In this document: one piece after another, positions 17,729-27,965 of the stretch | Layout of the letters: each line of letters starts with the position of its first letter | Numbering within the stretch: the first letter of the stretch is position 1 | Assembly: GCA_021789595.1 (NCBI GenBank) | Contig: JAJYJJ010000004.1 | Span: 66,617 to 130,616 of the forward strand | Source of the DNA: Nitrospirota bacterium | GTDB lineage: Bacteria > Nitrospirota > Thermodesulfovibrionia > UBA6902 > JAJYJJ01 | Direction: 5' to 3' | DNA: 64,000 nucleotides | Made by a program: the position numbers and the translations under genes | The notes under the pieces: generated by a model | Databases searched by the model: none | Seen by the model: only the letters and a program-made list of their open reading frames with translations | What the model was told of the DNA's origin: nothing

Positions 17729-19012
17729 TCAGGCCCGACCTCTTCTTATCCTTATACTGTTGCCGTGTGCCTCAAGGCCCTCGACATCTGAAAGCTTGAT
17801 AACCGCATCTGAAAGGGCATCAAAGTCAGCCCTATCAAACTGTAGCACGCTTGAGCGTTTTATGAAATCATACACGCCCAGAGGAGAGGAAAACCTTGCA
17901 GTTCCTCCTGTTGGAAGCGTGTGGTTTGGCCCTGCAACATAATCTCCAAGGGGCTCTGGTGTCCATGGCCCAAGGAATATTGCGCCTGCATTTTTTATCT
18001 TTCTAAGTAAGGCCATTGGTTTTTTAGTCATGACCTCAAGGTGTTCAGGCGCAATGCGGTTGGCAATATCAACTGCCTCATCTAAATCCCTTGTCAATAT
18101 AATGGCTCCATTATCTCTTATAGCCTTTTGTGCAATATCCCTTCTCTTTAAGGTCTTTAATTGTCTTCTGAGTTCCTTCAATACCTCCTCTGATAATCTA
18201 CTGGATGAGGTAATGAGGATGGAGGCTGCCATCTCGTCATGCTCTGCCTGGCTTAGAAGGTCTGATGCTATAAAGGAGGCATCTGCGCTGTCATCAGCTA
18301 TTATAAGTATCTCGCTTGGCCCTGCTATCATGTCTATGTCCACAGCTCCAAAGACCATCCTCTTGGCAGTGGCAACATAGATATTGCCAGGCCCCACGAT
18401 CTTATCCACCTTTTTTATGGTCTCTGTGCCATAGGCCATAGCGCCAATGGCCTGTGCCCCACCAACCCTGTATATCTCCTTGAGTCCGAGGATGTCAGCG
18501 GCAGCAAGGACATAGGGATTTATTTCACCACCTGGTGCAGGAACACACATGGCTATCTCTTCTACCCCTGCTACCTGTGCAGGAATGGCATTCATCAACA
18601 CTGTGGATGGGTATGATGCCTTTCCGCCCGGGACATAGATGCCGGCCCTTTGAATTGGTCTTATCATCTGCCCGAGGATGCTCTTGTTATCCTTGAAGAA
18701 CCATGATCTCTCCTTCTGTCTCTTGTGGAAGTCCCTTATCCTCTTTGCTGAAAGCCTGATGGTATCTACAATCCCTTTATCTGTATGCCGGCAGGCTTTT
18801 TTTATCTCTACTTCCCTTATCCTGATATTTGATAAGGTTAGTCTGACTCCATCAAATCTCTCTGTATACGATATAAGAGCCCTGTCTCCTTTTGAACGCA
18901 CATCGCTCAGCATCCTTTTAACAGCGGATTCAATCTTCTCTGATGTGCCTCTACCCCTTTTAAGATGGCCTTTGAGGAATGCCTCTATGGCTGCCGAATC
19001 TATTGTCCTCAA
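17729..19012 (-). CDS. hisD: Histidinol dehydrogenase
   Basis: YVPGGKASYPS, DMIAGPSE, QAEHD, APEHLE, GPNHTLPT. Confidence 0.95.
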   Translation of the reverse strand: MRTIDSAAIEAFLKGHLKRGRGTSEKIESAVKRMLSDVRSKGDRALISYTERFDGVRLTLSNIRIREVEIKKACRHTDKGIVDTIRLSAKRIRDFHKRQKERSWFFKDNKSILGQMIRPIQRAGIYVPGGKASYPSTVLMNAIPAQVAGVEEIAMCVPAPGGEINPYVLAAADILGLKEIYRVGGAQAIGAMAYGTETIKKVDKIVGPGNIYVATAKRMVFGAVDIDMIAGPSEILIIADDSADASFIASDLLSQAEHDEMAASILITSSSRLSEEVLKELRRQLKTLKRRDIAQKAIRDNGAIILTRDLDEAVDIANRIAPEHLEVMTKKPMALLRKIKNAGAIFLGPWTPEPLGDYVAGPNHTLPTGGTARFSSPLGVYDFIKRSSVLQFDRADFDALSDAVIKLSDVEGLEAHGNSIRIRRGRA

Positions 19013-20269
19013 TCACTGCCTCAACTGTCCATTGCCAAACACAATGAACTTTGTTGTTGTCAGTTCTTCAAGACCCATCGGCCCCCTTGCATGTATCTTT
19101 GTTGTGCTTATGCCAATCTCTGCGCCAAGACCAAACTGATAACCGTCATTTAACCTTGTAGAGGCATTGACAAAGACTGCTGATGAATCCACTTCCCTGA
19201 GAAACCTCATTGCCCTTGAATAATCCCTTGTAACAATACTATCAGAATGCTGTGAGCCATATGTGCTTATGTGCCTTATGGCCTCCTCTATGCCATCAAC
19301 AACCCTGACATTTAGTATCAGGTCAAGATATTCATTGTAGTAATCCTCATTTGATGCACTCTCTACCGAGGGGTATATCCCCTTGGTGACAGCACAGCCT
19401 TTGATAGTAACCCCTGCATCCTTAAATCTCTTGAGCATCGGGGGAAGAAATCTATCAGCTATTTCTCTATCCACAAGCATGGTCTCCATTGCATTACAGG
19501 TGCCTGGCCTCTGGACCTTTGCATTGAAACATATCTCCTGTGCCATATCTAAATCTGCATCCCTGTCAACAAATACATGGCAGACCCCTTTATAGTGTTT
19601 TATTACTGGGATCCTTGAGTTCTCAACTACTGCCCTTATAAGTCCTTCTCCACCTCTTGGGATTATCAGGTCTATATAATCCTCAAGCTTCAGCATCTCA
19701 AGCACTGCCTCCCTCTCTGGTATGTCTACAAAGGTGATTGCGCCTTCAGGAATACCTGCCTCTTTTGCAGTTTCCCTTAGTATTCTTACAATAGCCTTGT
19801 TTGAATTTATGGCCTCAGAGCCGCCTCTAAGGACAACTGCATTACCTGCCTTGAGACAGAGGCCTGTTGCATCTGCTGTGACATTCGGCCTTGATTCATA
19901 GATTATTCCGATAACACCTATTGGTGCGCGCATCCTGCCAACAGTCATGCCGTTTGGCCTCTGCCACATCCTTGTCACCTCTCCTACAGGGTCTGGCAGG
20001 GATGCGACTTCCATGAGACCGGTGGACATCTCCCTGATCCTTTTCTCATTCAGTGTAAGGCGATCTATCATTGCCTTTGACAGCCCTTTTTTAGTTGCCT
20101 CTTCTACATCCTTTGAATTTTCCCTTATTAATTCATCTGCCCTTTTCAACAGGGCATCTGCCATCTTTATAAGAGCGTCGTTTTTCAATGAGGATGGGAC
20201 ATTGGCAATGACCCGTGAGCCTTCTTTTGCCTCTCTTGCAAGCTCTGTAACATAACTCTTAATATCCAT
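19013..20269 (-). CDS. proA: Gamma-glutamyl phosphate reductase
   Basis: [40 protein letters not shown]. Start reassigned to ATG 20269 after GGAGG. Confidence 0.95.
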   Translation of the reverse strand: MDIKSYVTELAREAKEGSRVIANVPSSLKNDALIKMADALLKRADELIRENSKDVEEATKKGLSKAMIDRLTLNEKRIREMSTGLMEVASLPDPVGEVTRMWQRPNGMTVGRMRAPIGVIGIIYESRPNVTADATGLCLKAGNAVVLRGGSEAINSNKAIVRILRETAKEAGIPEGAITFVDIPEREAVLEMLKLEDYIDLIIPRGGEGLIRAVVENSRIPVIKHYKGVCHVFVDRDADLDMAQEICFNAKVQRPGTCNAMETMLVDREIADRFLPPMLKRFKDAGVTIKGCAVTKGIYPSVESASNEDYYNEYLDLILNVRVVDGIEEAIRHISTYGSQHSDSIVTRDYSRAMRFLREVDSSAVFVNASTRLNDGYQFGLGAEIGISTTKIHARGPMGLEELTTTKFIVFGNGQLRQ

Positions 20270-20309
20270 CACACCTCCGGTTATTAATGCAATAAACAGG
20301 TAGTTGGAT

Positions 20310-20849
20310 TTACCAATATGGCCGATATGGATAGTACTGCCATCTCCAGTCTGGATACGGATACGGATAAGGGTAGGGCGACCCCCAATAATAGTCTGGA
20401 TAGGCAGGGACAACTACCTCAGGAGTCCATAGATACAACTGTTTTATACTTAAAACAGGGTATTTATACTGCAGCTTATCCAGCGGCATCTCTCTGCTTC
20501 CTATGACCTCTCCAGCCATGGTTATATGCAGCCCCTTTTTATATATGGATGGATCGAGGTATCCCTGATATTCTGCCAGGAACCTGCCTTCTGACCGATA
20601 TGTATTGGTAATCCTTCCATAAGAATCTATGGGCAACTGGACAACCTCTATTACTGTTTTATCTTTTGTGTTATTGACCCCGACTATGCTGCCTCCGAGG
20701 ATGAATATCCTTCCCTTGTATGCATCCGGGTCCTGCCACAAAGAATGAAGCTGGACATTCGTCACTGCCTCACTTCGCAGCTCTTTAGAGATGACATGGG
20801 CGCATCCTGACAGCAAAAGAACAATCATTATGGATAGTAGCCTTTTCAT
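20310..20849 (-). CDS. Slp family outer-membrane lipoprotein
   Basis: Lipobox LSGC, GRFLA...GYLDP..Y..G, Y.YPV, Pro/Tyr-rich tail. Confidence 0.82.
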   Translation of the reverse strand: MKRLLSIMIVLLLSGCAHVISKELRSEAVTNVQLHSLWQDPDAYKGRIFILGGSIVGVNNTKDKTVIEVVQLPIDSYGRITNTYRSEGRFLAEYQGYLDPSIYKKGLHITMAGEVIGSREMPLDKLQYKYPVLSIKQLYLWTPEVVVPAYPDYYWGSPYPYPYPYPDWRWQYYPYRPYW

Positions 20850-20861
20850 ACATCCCTCCTC

Positions 20862-21824
20862 TTACTTAAGCTTGACCTCGATATATGCCTTCTTCCTCAG
20901 GTCATTCATCCACTGATCGTACTTCTCCTTGAATTTTTTCTCAAGGAGCATCTTTTTTATCTCTTCCTTTACGGAGGCAAGCGGCCCTCCCTCGACCCGC
21001 TGTTCAAGCTTTATGATATGAAGGCCTGCCTTGCTCCAGAATGGCTTGCTTATTTCACCGACCTTAAGTTTAGATGCCACATCCTCAATCTCCTTCATAA
21101 GGCTTCCTGCCTTGAGCATGCCGAGGTCACCGCCAAACCGAGCACTCTTATCCTCTGAATACTTTTCAGCCAGGGTTGCAAAGTCCTCCCCTGCCTTAAG
21201 CCTTTCATATATATCTTTTGCCTTTGCCTCGATAGACGCCCTCTGCTCAGGGCTCTGGGGCGCCTTGAAGAATATCTGCCTTAATCTGACCCCTGATACA
21301 TCCTGATATTTTTCCTTGCTGGCTTCATAATAATCCGAGACCTCCCTGTCCGAGACAACAATCTTTGACCTTATCTCCTGTGTCACGAGCCTGCTCACAA
21401 GTATCTGCTCTGAGAGGCTCTTTTTATACTCATCCAGCGTAAGGCCTTCAGCCTTAAGCGATTTTATAAATGTATCGCTGTCAAGAGAATATTTCTTTTT
21501 TATGCTCTCAATGGCATCTGTTACCTCCTCTGGCCTTACCTCAATGCCCAGTCTTTCTGCATCCTGGATCTGTAGCTTAAAATTTATATACTCATCGAGG
21601 AATGGTTTTTCCATAGCCTCAAGCCTTTTCTCCCGTTCATCAGGTGTAAGGTCTTTTAATTGGTCTGCGAGCTGGACATTCATGGCGTTTCTGAGTTCTG
21701 ACCATGTAATGACATCCTTGTTCACAATCGCTACGATCCTGTCGAGTAATACCGGCCCGTATGCTGATGCATCTACTGATAATACAATTAAGATTAATGC
21801 AAAAAAGGATGCAAGCCTTTTCAT
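20862..21824 (-). CDS. surA: SurA-like peptidyl-prolyl isomerase
   Basis: DRIVAIVN..VIT.SEL, FATLAEKYSED...GGDLG, GEISKP. Confidence 0.85.
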   Translation of the reverse strand: MKRLASFFALILIVLSVDASAYGPVLLDRIVAIVNKDVITWSELRNAMNVQLADQLKDLTPDEREKRLEAMEKPFLDEYINFKLQIQDAERLGIEVRPEEVTDAIESIKKKYSLDSDTFIKSLKAEGLTLDEYKKSLSEQILVSRLVTQEIRSKIVVSDREVSDYYEASKEKYQDVSGVRLRQIFFKAPQSPEQRASIEAKAKDIYERLKAGEDFATLAEKYSEDKSARFGGDLGMLKAGSLMKEIEDVASKLKVGEISKPFWSKAGLHIIKLEQRVEGGPLASVKEEIKKMLLEKKFKEKYDQWMNDLRKKAYIEVKLK

Positions 21825-21939
21825 TACAATTTTACCGCCTCTCTTACAATTCTACCATTGCAATAATCTAAGTCCTCGTGGCTTATTAAATTATAACAGA
21901 AAATATATCCTTTATTCCGCATCGTTGTAATTAAGACCA

Positions 21940-22932
21940 TCAATAGAACTCCGACTTCAATGAGCGATCCATAAGGTCTTTCACTGCGATGGCAGGGGCC
22001 TTATCCCTGTATATGACCCTATACACCTGTTCTGTAATGGGCATCTCGATCATGTGCCTCTTTGACAGTTCAAAGGCAGACTCTGCTGTTGCCACACCTT
22101 CTGCCACAGACCTTGTGGCTGAAAGGATGTCCCTTAGTTTAATGCCCTGTCCGAGTTTATAACCGACTGTATAGTTCCTTGACATGGCGCCTGTGCATGT
22201 GAGAACGAGGTCTCCAAGGCCGCTCAGGCCTGAGAATGTCTGTTCCCTTGCACCCATGGCAGCTCCGAGTCTTGTTATCTCTGCAAGCCCCCTTGTTATG
22301 AGGGCAGCCCTTGCATTGTATCCAAGGCCAAGTCCGTCAGATATCCCTGATGCAATGGCTATTACATTCTTTAATGCGCCGCCGATCTCTACCCCGACAA
22401 TGTCGTCATGCGTATAGACCCTGAAATAGTTTGTATTGAAGACCTCCTGAAGCATCAGGGCGATGTCTGCATCCTCTGTTGCAATGGTAACTGCTGTGGG
22501 CAGTTTATTTACTACCTCCTTTGCAAAGCTCGGTCCGGAGATAACTGCAACCTTTCTGCCTGACAGTTCCTTGAGTATTGAGGAACAGGTAAGCAGTGAG
22601 CCCCTTTCAATGCCCTTGGATGCACTTATGATTACTGAGTCCTTATTGATATAATTGATCACCTCTTTAAAGACATCCCTTGTATACTGGGTTGGTACAA
22701 CATTAAGGATATACCGCGCCTTCTTTACAACCTCATCAATCCTGTGCGAAACCGTGAGATTCTCTGGAAGCGTGACGCCTGGAAGGTATATGCTGTTCAT
22801 CCTCGTCTTTTCTATTTCCTGTGCAAGGTTGTCTTCAAAAACCCAGAGGGATGTATCATATCCCTTATCGGCAAGGATCGCTGATAGGGTTGTGCCCCAA
22901 CTGCCTGCACCAATGACTGCGATATAGCTCAT
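21940..22932 (-). CDS. gpsA: NAD(P)H-dependent glycerol-3-phosphate dehydrogenase
   Basis: GAGSWGT, SGPSFA, GGALKNVIA, GDLVLTC. Confidence 0.95.
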   Translation of the reverse strand: MSYIAVIGAGSWGTTLSAILADKGYDTSLWVFEDNLAQEIEKTRMNSIYLPGVTLPENLTVSHRIDEVVKKARYILNVVPTQYTRDVFKEVINYINKDSVIISASKGIERGSLLTCSSILKELSGRKVAVISGPSFAKEVVNKLPTAVTIATEDADIALMLQEVFNTNYFRVYTHDDIVGVEIGGALKNVIAIASGISDGLGLGYNARAALITRGLAEITRLGAAMGAREQTFSGLSGLGDLVLTCTGAMSRNYTVGYKLGQGIKLRDILSATRSVAEGVATAESAFELSKRHMIEMPITEQVYRVIYRDKAPAIAVKDLMDRSLKSEFY

Positions 22933-24356
22933 ATGATTGGCGATTTTATCAGGGCAATTGCCCTTTCAAGCCTGCGCAGTGTCTTGTCTTTCCCTACGAT
23001 CTCGATTACCTCAAATATCCCGGGGCTGACACTGTTACCTGTAACTGCCACCCTGACAGGCTGGGCAATCTGACCGAGCTTAATGCCTTGTTTTTCTATG
23101 ATCCCCATAAACACCTTTTCTATCTCAGCGGCTTCAAATCTATCCAGTGCCCTGAGTCTATCCAGTATCGTCCTGAAATACGGCAGCGACTTTTCATTCA
23201 GGAACTTCTCCTTTGCCTTCGGGTCAAACTCTATATCCTCTGCAATGTAATATCTGAGGGAATGGGCAAGCTCTAAGAGGCTCCTTGAACGCTCCTTAAG
23301 CGTATCAATTGCCTTTGAAAGCCATCCCATGTCAATGCTCTGGCCCTCCTGTATAATACCCCCTTTCAGGAGAAAAGGCATCACATAGCCTGCAAGCTCC
23401 TCTGAGGTGCCCTTGTTTATATACTGGCTGTTGAGCCAGAGGAGTTTTTCAGGGTTAAATACAGCCGCTGATCTGCCCGCATTATCTAATGAGAACTTCT
23501 CTATGAGTTCTTCCCTGCTGAATACCTCCTGGTCTCCGTATGACCATCCAAGCCTCACAAGATAATTTACAAGTGCATCAGGAAGATAACCCATCTCTCT
23601 GTATGCCATGACAGAGGTTGCGCCGTGCCTCTTTGAAAGCCTTGTCTTATCAGCGCCCAATATCATCGGCAGATGGGCGAACAACGGGACATCACAGCCA
23701 AGTGCCCTGTATATGTGCATCTGCTTTGGGGTGTTATTGAGGTGGTCGTCTCCTCTGATTACATGCGTTATTGCCATGTCCGCATCGTCTACAACCACTG
23801 TAAAATTGTATGTTGGGGTTCCATCAGAGCGCATGATTATCAGGTCATCAAGCTGGGCATTTTCAAACACGACCCTTCCCCTTATCAGGTCATCTACGAT
23901 TGTCTCGCCCTCCTCTGGCATCCTGAATCTTACCGCTGGGGTGCGCCCTGGCACAGGTCCTTTAAGGTCCCTGCACCTGCCGTCATATCTCGGCGGTCTT
24001 CCATGACTAAGAGCCTCTTTTCTCCTCTGCTCAAGCTCCTCTGCAGAGCAATAGCAATAATATGCCTTGCCTTCATCTATAAGCCTGTCAACATATCTTT
24101 TATAGATGTCAAATCTTTCTGTCTGGCGGTATGGGCCTTCATCCCAGTCAAGCCTGAGCCACTTCATCCCCTCGATAATTGCCTCTATATACTGCTCTGT
24201 AGAGCGGCTTGTATCCGTATCCTCTATCCTCAGGACAAAGACGCCACCATGGTGCCTTGCAAAAAGCCAATTGAAAAGCGCTGTCCTTGCACCGCCGATG
24301 TGCAGATGGCCTGTCGGGCTTGGCGCAAACCTCGTCCTGACATTATTCTTATTCAA
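22929..24356 (-). CDS. gltX: Glutamate--tRNA ligase
   Basis: RFAPSPTGHLHIGGAR and RLSKRHG. True start TTG 24356 after GGAGG. Confidence 0.95.
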   Translation of the reverse strand: MNKNNVRTRFAPSPTGHLHIGGARTALFNWLFARHHGGVFVLRIEDTDTSRSTEQYIEAIIEGMKWLRLDWDEGPYRQTERFDIYKRYVDRLIDEGKAYYCYCSAEELEQRRKEALSHGRPPRYDGRCRDLKGPVPGRTPAVRFRMPEEGETIVDDLIRGRVVFENAQLDDLIIMRSDGTPTYNFTVVVDDADMAITHVIRGDDHLNNTPKQMHIYRALGCDVPLFAHLPMILGADKTRLSKRHGATSVMAYREMGYLPDALVNYLVRLGWSYGDQEVFSREELIEKFSLDNAGRSAAVFNPEKLLWLNSQYINKGTSEELAGYVMPFLLKGGIIQEGQSIDMGWLSKAIDTLKERSRSLLELAHSLRYYIAEDIEFDPKAKEKFLNEKSLPYFRTILDRLRALDRFEAAEIEKVFMGIIEKQGIKLGQIAQPVRVAVTGNSVSPGIFEVIEIVGKDKTLRRLERAIALIKSPII

Positions 24357-24427
24357 TATATCTGCCTCCAAAGACTTTTGCGTGAAATATAACAGATATG
24401 GGGCATTGTTATCAAGAAACGATAAGG

Positions 24428-25126
24428 TTAAGAGAATAACCTGAAGAGCAGAAATGTTATGGTGATGCCGAGTAGGGCGCCAAGAAAGACCTCCCATGGA
24501 CTGTGTGCTCCTATGGCAACCCTGCTCTGTGCAATGAGGATTGCAAGGATAAATACGAGGAACGATGGGAAGAATGCCTCTGTTATGTATGTAACTGCTA
24601 TCCATACAGAGAAGGCTACTGCGGCATGGCCGCTCGGCATTCCGCCCCTAAGCGGGAGGCCCCTGCCAAGGAATGCCTTTGTTATGATAACAGCGATTAT
24701 CACGATTATCAATGCTATTATGGATATATCCTCGTTTGAGTGTTTTGCCATTGTAATGCCTTCGTAGAAGAATCGCCTCAGGTAAGGAATAAAGATTATA
24801 TAGCCAACAATTACCGCGCCAAATGCAGATACAAGCACTGCGCCTGCTGCTATATCCTTGGCAGCCTTTGCCTTGATGTGATACTCGCTTGAAAGCAGGT
24901 CAACAGTGGCCTCTACAGCAGTGTTTAGCATCTCGGCCATGAGGACAAGTGTCACTGTAATTGTTACGGCTATGAATTCTTCTCTGTTTACACCGATGAT
25001 ATAGCTGAGTATCAAGACGGCAACCGCGGCATAGAAATGATACCTGAGGTGGCGTTGTGTCTTTGCTGCCTGAAGAATGCCCTCTATTGCATGGTTAGTG
25101 CTTTCGATAAGTCTTCTTAAGGGCAT
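24428..25126 (-). CDS. dgkA: Diacylglycerol/undecaprenol kinase fused to PAP2 phosphatase
   Basis: EMLNTAVE..VD, AKDIAAGAV, then PSGHAA and SRV...H. Confidence 0.85.
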   Translation of the reverse strand: MPLRRLIESTNHAIEGILQAAKTQRHLRYHFYAAVAVLILSYIIGVNREEFIAVTITVTLVLMAEMLNTAVEATVDLLSSEYHIKAKAAKDIAAGAVLVSAFGAVIVGYIIFIPYLRRFFYEGITMAKHSNEDISIIALIIVIIAVIITKAFLGRGLPLRGGMPSGHAAVAFSVWIAVTYITEAFFPSFLVFILAILIAQSRVAIGAHSPWEVFLGALLGITITFLLFRLFS

Positions 25127-25544
25127 CTATCAGCTCCTGCTGTTTTTTAAACATCTTCCTTGCCTTATAGGCTGATGCCTCATGGTCATGGCCTAAAAGA
25201 TGAAGGATTCCATGCGCCATGAGCCGGTAAAACTCGTCGTAAAAGGTGCTGCCGTATTGTCTTGCCTGCCTCTTTGCAGCATGTATGTTTATAACAACAT
25301 CGCCCAGGGGTATGTGAGATGCCTGAACAGCCCCCCCTTCGTTCAACGGAAATGAAAGGACATCCGTGGTTTTTCTCTTTCCACGGTAAAGGAGATTTAG
25401 TTTGAGCATCCTGCTGTCGCCAACTAAAAGTATGCTCAACTCAGCCGAGGGCTGCCCTGATAGAGTAAGGGTCTTCTGTGCTGCCCTTTTTATCCTTCTC
25501 AGGTCTGTCCTTATCCGTCTTTGCTGGTTCTTTATGTATACCAT
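25095..25544 (-). CDS. ybeY: rRNA maturation endoribonuclease YbeY
   Basis: TDVLSF and HGILHLLGHDH. Confidence 0.93.
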   Translation of the reverse strand: MVYIKNQQRRIRTDLRRIKRAAQKTLTLSGQPSAELSILLVGDSRMLKLNLLYRGKRKTTDVLSFPLNEGGAVQASHIPLGDVVINIHAAKRQARQYGSTFYDEFYRLMAHGILHLLGHDHEASAYKARKMFKKQQELIDALKKTYRKH

Positions 25545-26994
25545 TGTCTTGTGTTATCTCAAAACCAGGATAATCTATCCTGCGGTGGAACATACCAGTC
25601 AATATGTAATTAAAGCATTTTTTTATCTCCTGGAGGTCTTTGAGTGTTATCTCGCATTCATCAAGCTGTCCATCAAGAAAGATGTGGTTTATTATCCTAT
25701 CCACAAGAGCGGATATCCTTGATGGGGTTGGCTCTGTAAGTGCCCTCGATGCGGCCTCAACAGCATCGGCCATCATCAGAAGTGCAGATACCCTTGTCTG
25801 GGGTTTTGGCCCTGGATACCTGAACTCTGCCTCAGACAGTGTATGGGATTCTGGAGGGTGCTGGTCTTTTGCCTTTTGATAGAAATAGGTTATGAGATTT
25901 GTGCCGTGGTGCTGCTGGATTATATCGATGATGACCTCCGGCAGCTTATTCTGCCTTGCGAGTTCAACGCCTTCTTTAACATGGGAGATTATTATGAGGC
26001 TGCTCATGTTCGGTGTCAGCTTGTCGTGTCTGCTGATCGGGCCCTCCTGATTCTCCACAAAGTATTCAGGCATCTTTATCTTGCCGATATCGTGGTAATA
26101 GGCACTGACCCTTGCAAGCAAAGGGTTTACACCTATGACCTCTGCAGCGGCCTCTACAAGATTGCCGACAATAATACTGTGATGGTATGTCCCGGGGGCC
26201 TCTACAAGGAGGTTTCTCATCAGCGGCTGATTGAGGTCCATTAGTTCGAGAAGGCTTATATCGGTGGTCAGGTTGAACAGGTATTCAAGCAGCGGCAGCA
26301 GGACAGATGCAACAGATATGACCATAAAGCCGTTTAAAAAGGCAAAACCAATAATTACCAGGGTTGAAGGCGCTATAAGGTTTCTCTGTAGAAGGGTTAT
26401 GGACAGGGCTGTGAAGGCGTTTGCCACACCAACAAAGAGCCCTGCTTTAAGAATGTCAGAACGCTTCCTGCATCTTATTACTCCAAGGGTAGCGGTTATG
26501 CTGCCGCTGAATACATAGATCGGGTAGATTGCATCATTTAACCAGATGCCTGCTATCAGGCTTGTCATAAAGGAAAAGATTATGGCTGTATGTATATCAA
26601 AAAGTAGCGCCACGAGCATTGCGCCTAAGGGAAGGGGGATGGCGTATATGGCAAGCCTCATATCAACGAATCCAAGCTCATGCACGAAGCCTTGAAACAT
26701 GTATTGGAATAACCTCCCTATCAAAGGGTTAAATACCAATATTATGCCGAGGAGGGAAAGGAGTCTCAGGTTTGTTGCAAGGGACGGTCTGTATCTTTTT
26801 ATGTCCCTGTAAAATATAAAGAGCAGGATAGAGGTCAGAAAGAATCCGCCAATAAACTTGAGCACGGTCAGTCTTTCCCAGAAAAAGATCACAGGCAGTG
26901 TTATGGCTATCAGGATAAGCAGGATTGAGCGCAACAGCCTATATTTACTATCGTTATCAGGGGTTGCTGGTTTACCGTTTCTCATATCGCTCAT
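25441..26994 (-). CDS. 7TM-HDIG phosphohydrolase (PgpH-like c-di-AMP phosphodiesterase)
   Basis: Multiple TMs, APGTYHHS, YYHDIGK, QHHGT, RYPGPKPQT, ADAVEAA. Located in the phoH-ybeY operon. Confidence 0.85.
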   Translation of the reverse strand: MSDMRNGKPATPDNDSKYRLLRSILLILIAITLPVIFFWERLTVLKFIGGFFLTSILLFIFYRDIKRYRPSLATNLRLLSLLGIILVFNPLIGRLFQYMFQGFVHELGFVDMRLAIYAIPLPLGAMLVALLFDIHTAIIFSFMTSLIAGIWLNDAIYPIYVFSGSITATLGVIRCRKRSDILKAGLFVGVANAFTALSITLLQRNLIAPSTLVIIGFAFLNGFMVISVASVLLPLLEYLFNLTTDISLLELMDLNQPLMRNLLVEAPGTYHHSIIVGNLVEAAAEVIGVNPLLARVSAYYHDIGKIKMPEYFVENQEGPISRHDKLTPNMSSLIIISHVKEGVELARQNKLPEVIIDIIQQHHGTNLITYFYQKAKDQHPPESHTLSEAEFRYPGPKPQTRVSALLMMADAVEAASRALTEPTPSRISALVDRIINHIFLDGQLDECEITLKDLQEIKKCFNYILTGMFHRRIDYPGFEITQDNGIHKEPAKTDKDRPEKDKKGSTEDPYSIRAALG

Positions 26995-27925
26995 ATGCCT
27001 TTATTATCTCCTGGACGAGTCTATGCCTTACCACATCCTTTTCTGTGAAGTATATAAATTCAATGCCCTCTATGCCCTTTAATATATCCCGAACCTCTAC
27101 AAGACCTGATGCCTTCCCTGTCGGAAGGTCAACCTGTGTTATATCACCTGTTATCACAGTCTTCGAGTTGAAACCAAGCCTTGTAAGAAACATCTTCATC
27201 TGCTCCCCTGTTGTGTTCTGCGCCTCATCGAGTATGATAAAGGAATCATTCAGGGTTCTACCCCTCATAAATGCAAGGGGGGCGATCTCTATTACCCCTC
27301 TTTCAATGAGTTTATTTGCCTTCTCTGCCTCCATCATATCAAAGAGTGCATCGTAAAGAGGCCTCAGATAGGGATTGACCTTTTCATACATGTCGCCTGG
27401 CAGGAATCCGAGTTTTTCTCCTGCCTCTACAGCAGGCCTTGCAAGGAGGATTCTGCCAACCTCTTTTTTTATAAGAGAATTTATAGCCATGGCCATGGCA
27501 AGGTATGTCTTTCCTGTTCCAGCAGGGCCGATGCCAATTACCATGTCATATCTTCTGATGGCCTCGATGTATCTTTTCTGTGTCTCGCTCTTTGGGACTA
27601 TGAATCTTTTTTTGGATGATACGGGGATGGTGTTCAGGAAGAGTTCCTTGATTGATGTGTCTTGTCCTTCTGAGGATGCCTTCAGGGCAAACCTTATGTC
27701 CTCAGGTTTTATAGTATAACCCCTTGAGCTTATCTCGCGGATCTCCTTTACAAGCCTCTCGGCCCTGGCAACAGATTCCTCAGGCCCTTTTATAAAGACC
27801 TTATTACCTCTAATACTGGCCTCTATACCAAGGGTCTCTTCAAGGAGTTTGAGACTCTGCTCTATTCCGCCATAGATGAGGTGAAGCTCCTTATCTTCGC
27901 TGAGATCTAATTCTACTGTTAACGT
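26972..27925 (-). CDS. phoH: PhoH-like ATPase (start codon non-canonical or frameshifted)
   Basis: GPAGTGKT, RPAVEAGE, PLAFMRGRT, DEAQN, TGD.TQ.D. The frame stays open 127 codons upstream of the ORF-track ATG (to ACG 27925) and encodes the expected N-terminal domain (LTVELDL...IEASIRGNKVFI). Confidence 0.88.
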   Translation of the reverse strand, partial: TLTVELDLSEDKELHLIYGGIEQSLKLLEETLGIEASIRGNKVFIKGPEESVARAERLVKEIREISSRGYTIKPEDIRFALKASSEGQDTSIKELFLNTIPVSSKKRFIVPKSETQKRYIEAIRRYDMVIGIGPAGTGKTYLAMAMAINSLIKKEVGRILLARPAVEAGEKLGFLPGDMYEKVNPYLRPLYDALFDMMEAEKANKLIERGVIEIAPLAFMRGRTLNDSFIILDEAQNTTGEQMKMFLTRLGFNSKTVITGDITQVDLPTGKASGLVEVRDILKGIEGIEFIYFTEKDVVRHRLVQEIIKAYERYEKR

Positions 27926-27965
27926 TTTACTGCCTCCATATACCTATTTTATCACAGAATCCCTT

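Noticed and set aside
20310..20413. GGATAC/GGATA short repeats and the long proA N-terminal extension
   Set aside because: The repeats encode the Pro/Tyr tail of the Slp lipoprotein. proA starts at 20269.
24357..24605. 83-aa N-terminal extension of GltX
   Set aside because: It overlaps dgkA. TTG 24356 with GGAGG gives the normal length.
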